Shown one piece after another: positions 9,076 through 11,999 of a stretch of DNA of 11,999 nucleotides. The position numbers were made by a program, and so were the translations under genes. The stretch spans positions 1 to 11,999 of the forward strand of contig JAYUVP010000263.1 of the NCBI GenBank assembly GCA_043753995.1. Reading direction: 5' to 3'. Below the pieces are notes generated by a model. That model was given only the letters and a program-made list of their open reading frames with translations, had not been told where the DNA came from and did no database searches. Every line of letters begins with the position of its first letter. Position 1 is the first letter of the stretch. The DNA comes from Fibrobacterota bacterium (GTDB lineage Bacteria > Fibrobacterota > Fibrobacteria > UBA11236).

Positions 9076-9528
9076 ATGTTAGGAATAAAGAATTTTCTGA
9101 AAGCCTCTGAAAATATTGCTACAGGGGGACAACCTAATGCAGAACAAATCGAAGAATTACAGAGGCATGATTTTCAGGTAATCGTAAATCTCGGGTTGCT
9201 TGGTGCTCCCTATGCGCTTGCTGATGAAGAATTATTGGTCCGGAATTTGGGTATGCAATATTATCATCTTCCCGTTCAATTTGATGCGCCAACTATTGAG
9301 TGCTTGGAAAGTTTCTTTATAGTTATGGAGTCTCATAGAAGTTCAAAAGTATTTGTCCATTGTGCGGCCAACTATCGAGTATCCTCATTCATTTCGCTAT
9401 ATGGGCAGGCAAAAAAAGGCTGGACTGAAGAAGTAGCCACTGAATTTTTATCCAAGGTGTGGATGCCAAATGAGATTTGGCGCAAATTCATCGAGGACTC
9501 AAGGCAAAGGATGAATTTTCTTGGATGA
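9076..9528 (+). CDS. DUF442/Blh-like cysteine phosphatase-fold protein (putative phosphatase or sulfurtransferase)
   Basis: IATGGQP, FQVIVNL, GMQYYHLPV and VFVHCAANYRVS (C-x4-R loop). SD GGGAG lies upstream. Confidence 0.85.
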   Translation: MLGIKNFLKASENIATGGQPNAEQIEELQRHDFQVIVNLGLLGAPYALADEELLVRNLGMQYYHLPVQFDAPTIECLESFFIVMESHRSSKVFVHCAANYRVSSFISLYGQAKKGWTEEVATEFLSKVWMPNEIWRKFIEDSRQRMNFLG

Positions 9529-9587
9529 AATTCAAATAGGCGCATTTAGGAGAGTGAGCCGAAACGGCGTACCGCCACCCCCAACCC

Positions 9588-10823
9588 TCACTGCATATCC
9601 TGCACCACCACGCGCCTCGTACCCCCGCCCATGCGATCGCGCAAGGTCAAGAAGAGCAGGCCATGACCGCTCCCTTCAGCGAGTGGCACAACACCATTCA
9701 TGACTGGGCCCTGAAAGAGTTTCGTTCCGTCCACGTTCACCACCGTGGCTTCGACTTCACCTCGCACTCCGCTAAAAGCAATGCCATTCCGCATCCGGTG
9801 GGCAAAGAGTTTATCCGGGAAGAGAGCAAGTGATTTCACTCCAGACGTTCCCTGAATCACCTTCAAGGAAAGCTTCATGAAATCGATCACATAAGAGCCG
9901 TCGGCTTCAGGTAATATCGTGACGCCGGTTTGCTGCACCGTGAATTTCGATCCGAAAGTGGCCGCAGCGAGTTTCACCCGCAATTTTACGCTCTTGGGCA
10001 TTTTCGGATGCGGCGAAGTCCAGGTCAAACCCCAACCCGCATCTATAAGGCTTTCCGTCGCGGCATCCATGACAAAATGGGCACGATAATAGGCGGCGAC
10101 ATTTTGATAAGTGTCTATCCAGAGATTATTGGCCACGGCGGCGTCGATCATTTTTTTGTTGTCGGCGGGGGTTAGGCTATAAGAGTCGGGATCCTCTTTG
10201 ACATCGTGCACTATGGTGGACACCCAGCTATTGCCTGATTTGGCTGTATTGAGCATGGTGATGGCGGTATTCACATTGGTAGGGGTCAAAATCAACCCTG
10301 GCACACTCATCCAATCCGTCGGTTGAGAGGCCCAAGCAAAATTGTTTTGACCGCAACTGCGACTGATGAAGTTTTCGGAACTGATACCGGTTTTACCGTT
10401 CACATTGCAATTCGGATAGGCAAAGGTGAGCGATTCGACGGTGGGGTCGAGGGCGCGCAAGTATTTGGCCATTTCGCTGATAATGCTGGAGGCATCGGGA
10501 TCGGCGGGAACATTAACATGGCTTTTGGTGTGATTCGCTAATTCATGGCCATTCTTAGCGGCTTGGATCCAATCGGTCTTGCGAGCTTCGAAGTTCCCGC
10601 CCGTTCCGGTAGCGGAAATGAAAAAAGTGGCCTTGATTTTCAGGGCATCCAGTTGGGGCAATAAATTGGGAATTTGACTGGAGCGTGCATCGTCATAGGT
10701 AAAGCTGACGGCACCGGTATGGCCATTCCAGGGTACCGTGGTCACTGGCCCGGAATATGCGGACCACGCTCCAGCGAGCGCGCTGGCTATTAAGAAAACA
10801 GTGTTGAGGGCACTTCGAGTCAT
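9588..10823 (-). CDS. Secreted polysaccharide deacetylase (CE4/NodB-like) with a C-terminal sorting-like domain
   Basis: Signal peptide (VFLIASALAGAWSAYS). CE4 motifs SFTYDD, GHELANHTKSH, FAYP and IVHDV. The C-terminal region of about 85 aa is beta-rich. Confidence 0.88.
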   Translation of the reverse strand: MTRSALNTVFLIASALAGAWSAYSGPVTTVPWNGHTGAVSFTYDDARSSQIPNLLPQLDALKIKATFFISATGTGGNFEARKTDWIQAAKNGHELANHTKSHVNVPADPDASSIISEMAKYLRALDPTVESLTFAYPNCNVNGKTGISSENFISRSCGQNNFAWASQPTDWMSVPGLILTPTNVNTAITMLNTAKSGNSWVSTIVHDVKEDPDSYSLTPADNKKMIDAAVANNLWIDTYQNVAAYYRAHFVMDAATESLIDAGWGLTWTSPHPKMPKSVKLRVKLAAATFGSKFTVQQTGVTILPEADGSYVIDFMKLSLKVIQGTSGVKSLALFPDKLFAHRMRNGIAFSGVRGEVEATVVNVDGTKLFQGPVMNGVVPLAEGSGHGLLFLTLRDRMGGGTRRVVVQDMQ

Positions 10824-10868
10824 GTCATCACCCGGTTGATTGGTAAGACCAAGTTAGGGTGCCAACAT

Positions 10869-10908
10869 CGATTTTTCTCTCTAAATCGGCCCGATTTCCC
10901 AAGGGAAA
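10869..10908. promoter_or_regulatory. Overlapping inverted repeats upstream of the deacetylase gene (candidate operator)
   Basis: AAATCGG-C-CCGATTT (10883-10897) overlaps TTTCCC-AA-GGGAAA (10895-10908). An extra CGATTT lies at 10869-10874. Confidence 0.4.
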
Positions 10909-10915
10909 ACAGTTT

Positions 10916-11689
10916 TTAAGGAATTTCGGATTTTGCGCGGAAGGTGCGGCGGTATTGGGTGGGCGTCATGCCCATATGTTCTTTGAATAGGCGGTTCAAG
11001 TGGCTGAGATCATAAAAGCCATGGCGATAGGCGATTGCGGAAATACTTTCGTCCGAATTGGCCAAAGCGCGGCAAGTGGCATGCAGGCGCACCATGATGA
11101 GATAAAGTCGAGGCGTTGTTTTGAAAAGCGACTTGAATTTGCGTTCAAACTGGCTGATGGAAAGGCAGGCGAGAGAGGCCAGCTTTTTAATGTCAATGGG
11201 CTCGCGATAATTCGCCATGATATAGTCGAAGACTTCACCCATTTCGGTGAAATTGCGCGAACCATCATCCACCCTTTTCAAATCACGGGTATAACCCGCT
11301 ATGCCGACGATTTGGCCGCTACTATCCTTGATGGGGATTTTGGTGGTCGAAAACCAGTGGGTGGATTTATTGCCGTCATAAACCAATTCAACCATGTTGA
11401 CGAGGGATTGGCCGGTGGTGAGGATTTCTTGATCGTCTTTGCGGTATTTTTCGGCCAAATAGCGGGGCCAAATGTCGAGATCGGTGCGGCCGATAATGGC
11501 CTGAGGCGAAGGGAAGCCGCAAGTCTTGGCAAAGACGCCATTGACTCGTAGGAATCTACCGTGAACGTCCTTGATGAAAAAAGGAATGTCGGTGATATGC
11601 TCGAACAATTCCTCATAGGCCCTGGAGAGCGCTTCGGTGGAAAGCTCGGTTTCGACTCCGGTAAGGGAATTCGATCGATTGGCCTTCAA
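10916..11689 (-). CDS. AraC-family transcriptional regulator with an N-terminal PAS domain
   Basis: TTG start with GGAGG upstream. PAS region (FFIKDVHGRFLRVN...GYTRDL). AraC double HTH (LASLACLSISQFERKFKSLF; ISAIAYRHGFYDLSHLNRLFKEHMGMTPTQYR). Confidence 0.93.
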   Translation of the reverse strand: MKANRSNSLTGVETELSTEALSRAYEELFEHITDIPFFIKDVHGRFLRVNGVFAKTCGFPSPQAIIGRTDLDIWPRYLAEKYRKDDQEILTTGQSLVNMVELVYDGNKSTHWFSTTKIPIKDSSGQIVGIAGYTRDLKRVDDGSRNFTEMGEVFDYIMANYREPIDIKKLASLACLSISQFERKFKSLFKTTPRLYLIMVRLHATCRALANSDESISAIAYRHGFYDLSHLNRLFKEHMGMTPTQYRRTFRAKSEIP

Positions 11690-11720
11690 CCTCGAAGCCC
11701 TCCAAGGCTTGTCGCCAGAA

Positions 11721-11999
11721 TCAGGCCTTGACCAAGTTTGGTTTGACTGCGCCGGACTCTTCCAGGCATTTGAAAACCTCGCGGAAGAAAGCGGGATGAT
11801 CTTGCCAGGTCTGGGCGCTCACCAAATGGCCGTCGCGAATCGCCGACTCGCGAATAAAAGTTCCACCCATGCTTTCGACTTCGAAGCGCACATGCTCATA
11901 GCAGGTGACATTGCGTCCCTTGACGATATCTGCGGCGACCATGATTTGGATACCGTGACAAATTGCAAAAACCCATTTTTTCTTGCTGTCGAACTCTTT
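11721..11999 (-). CDS. DJ-1/PfpI family protein (class I glutamine amidotransferase-like), C-terminal part; 5' end outside the window
   Basis: The frame is open from the window edge: KEFDSKKKWVFAICHGIQIMVAADIVKGRNVTCY...DGHLVSAQTWQDHPAF. It contains the ICHG nucleophile elbow. Confidence 0.9.
   Translation of the reverse strand, partial: KEFDSKKKWVFAICHGIQIMVAADIVKGRNVTCYEHVRFEVESMGGTFIRESAIRDGHLVSAQTWQDHPAFFREVFKCLEESGAVKPNLVKA

Noticed and set aside
9558..9576. Small hairpins (GCCG-AAA-CGGC, GGCG-TAC-CGCC) between convergent genes as a terminator
   Set aside because: The stems are only 4 bp and there is no U-tract on either strand.
9064..9587. AT-rich gene as an integron cassette or dif module
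   Set aside because: GTTAGGA at 9078 is inside the ORF and does not fit GTTRRRY. I saw no attC-like RYYYAAC...GTTRRRY stem and no XerC/XerD dif-like 28-mer.
10847..10865. Sigma54-like TTGGCAC...TTGG on the minus strand upstream of the deacetylase
   Set aside because: It lacks the -12 GC at the required GG-N10-GC spacing.

Overview
Gene-dense bacterial chromosomal window, roughly 55-60% GC by eye. The organism is probably an FCB-group (Fibrobacterota-like) bacterium; this is inferred from the CE4 deacetylase type and T9SS/FlgD-like C-terminal domains. The + strand carries a 5'-truncated accC, dapA, apt, a secreted lamin-tail-like protein coupled to a Trp-rich putative outer-membrane beta-barrel, an HD-GYP protein with a degenerate HD motif, xerC, a PAS-PAS-GAF-SpoIIE (RsbU-like) phosphatase and an AT-rich DUF442/Blh-like protein. 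The - strand, converging on these, carries a 5'-truncated DJ-1/PfpI protein, a PAS-AraC regulator and a secreted polysaccharide deacetylase. I found no rRNA, tRNA, CRISPR array or clear mobile element. The best candidates for something undescribed are the coupled lamin-tail/beta-barrel gene pair, the MD-GYP variant and the three closely related PAS domains shared between the phosphatase and the AraC regulator. All family calls come from motif recognition by eye, not from database searches.
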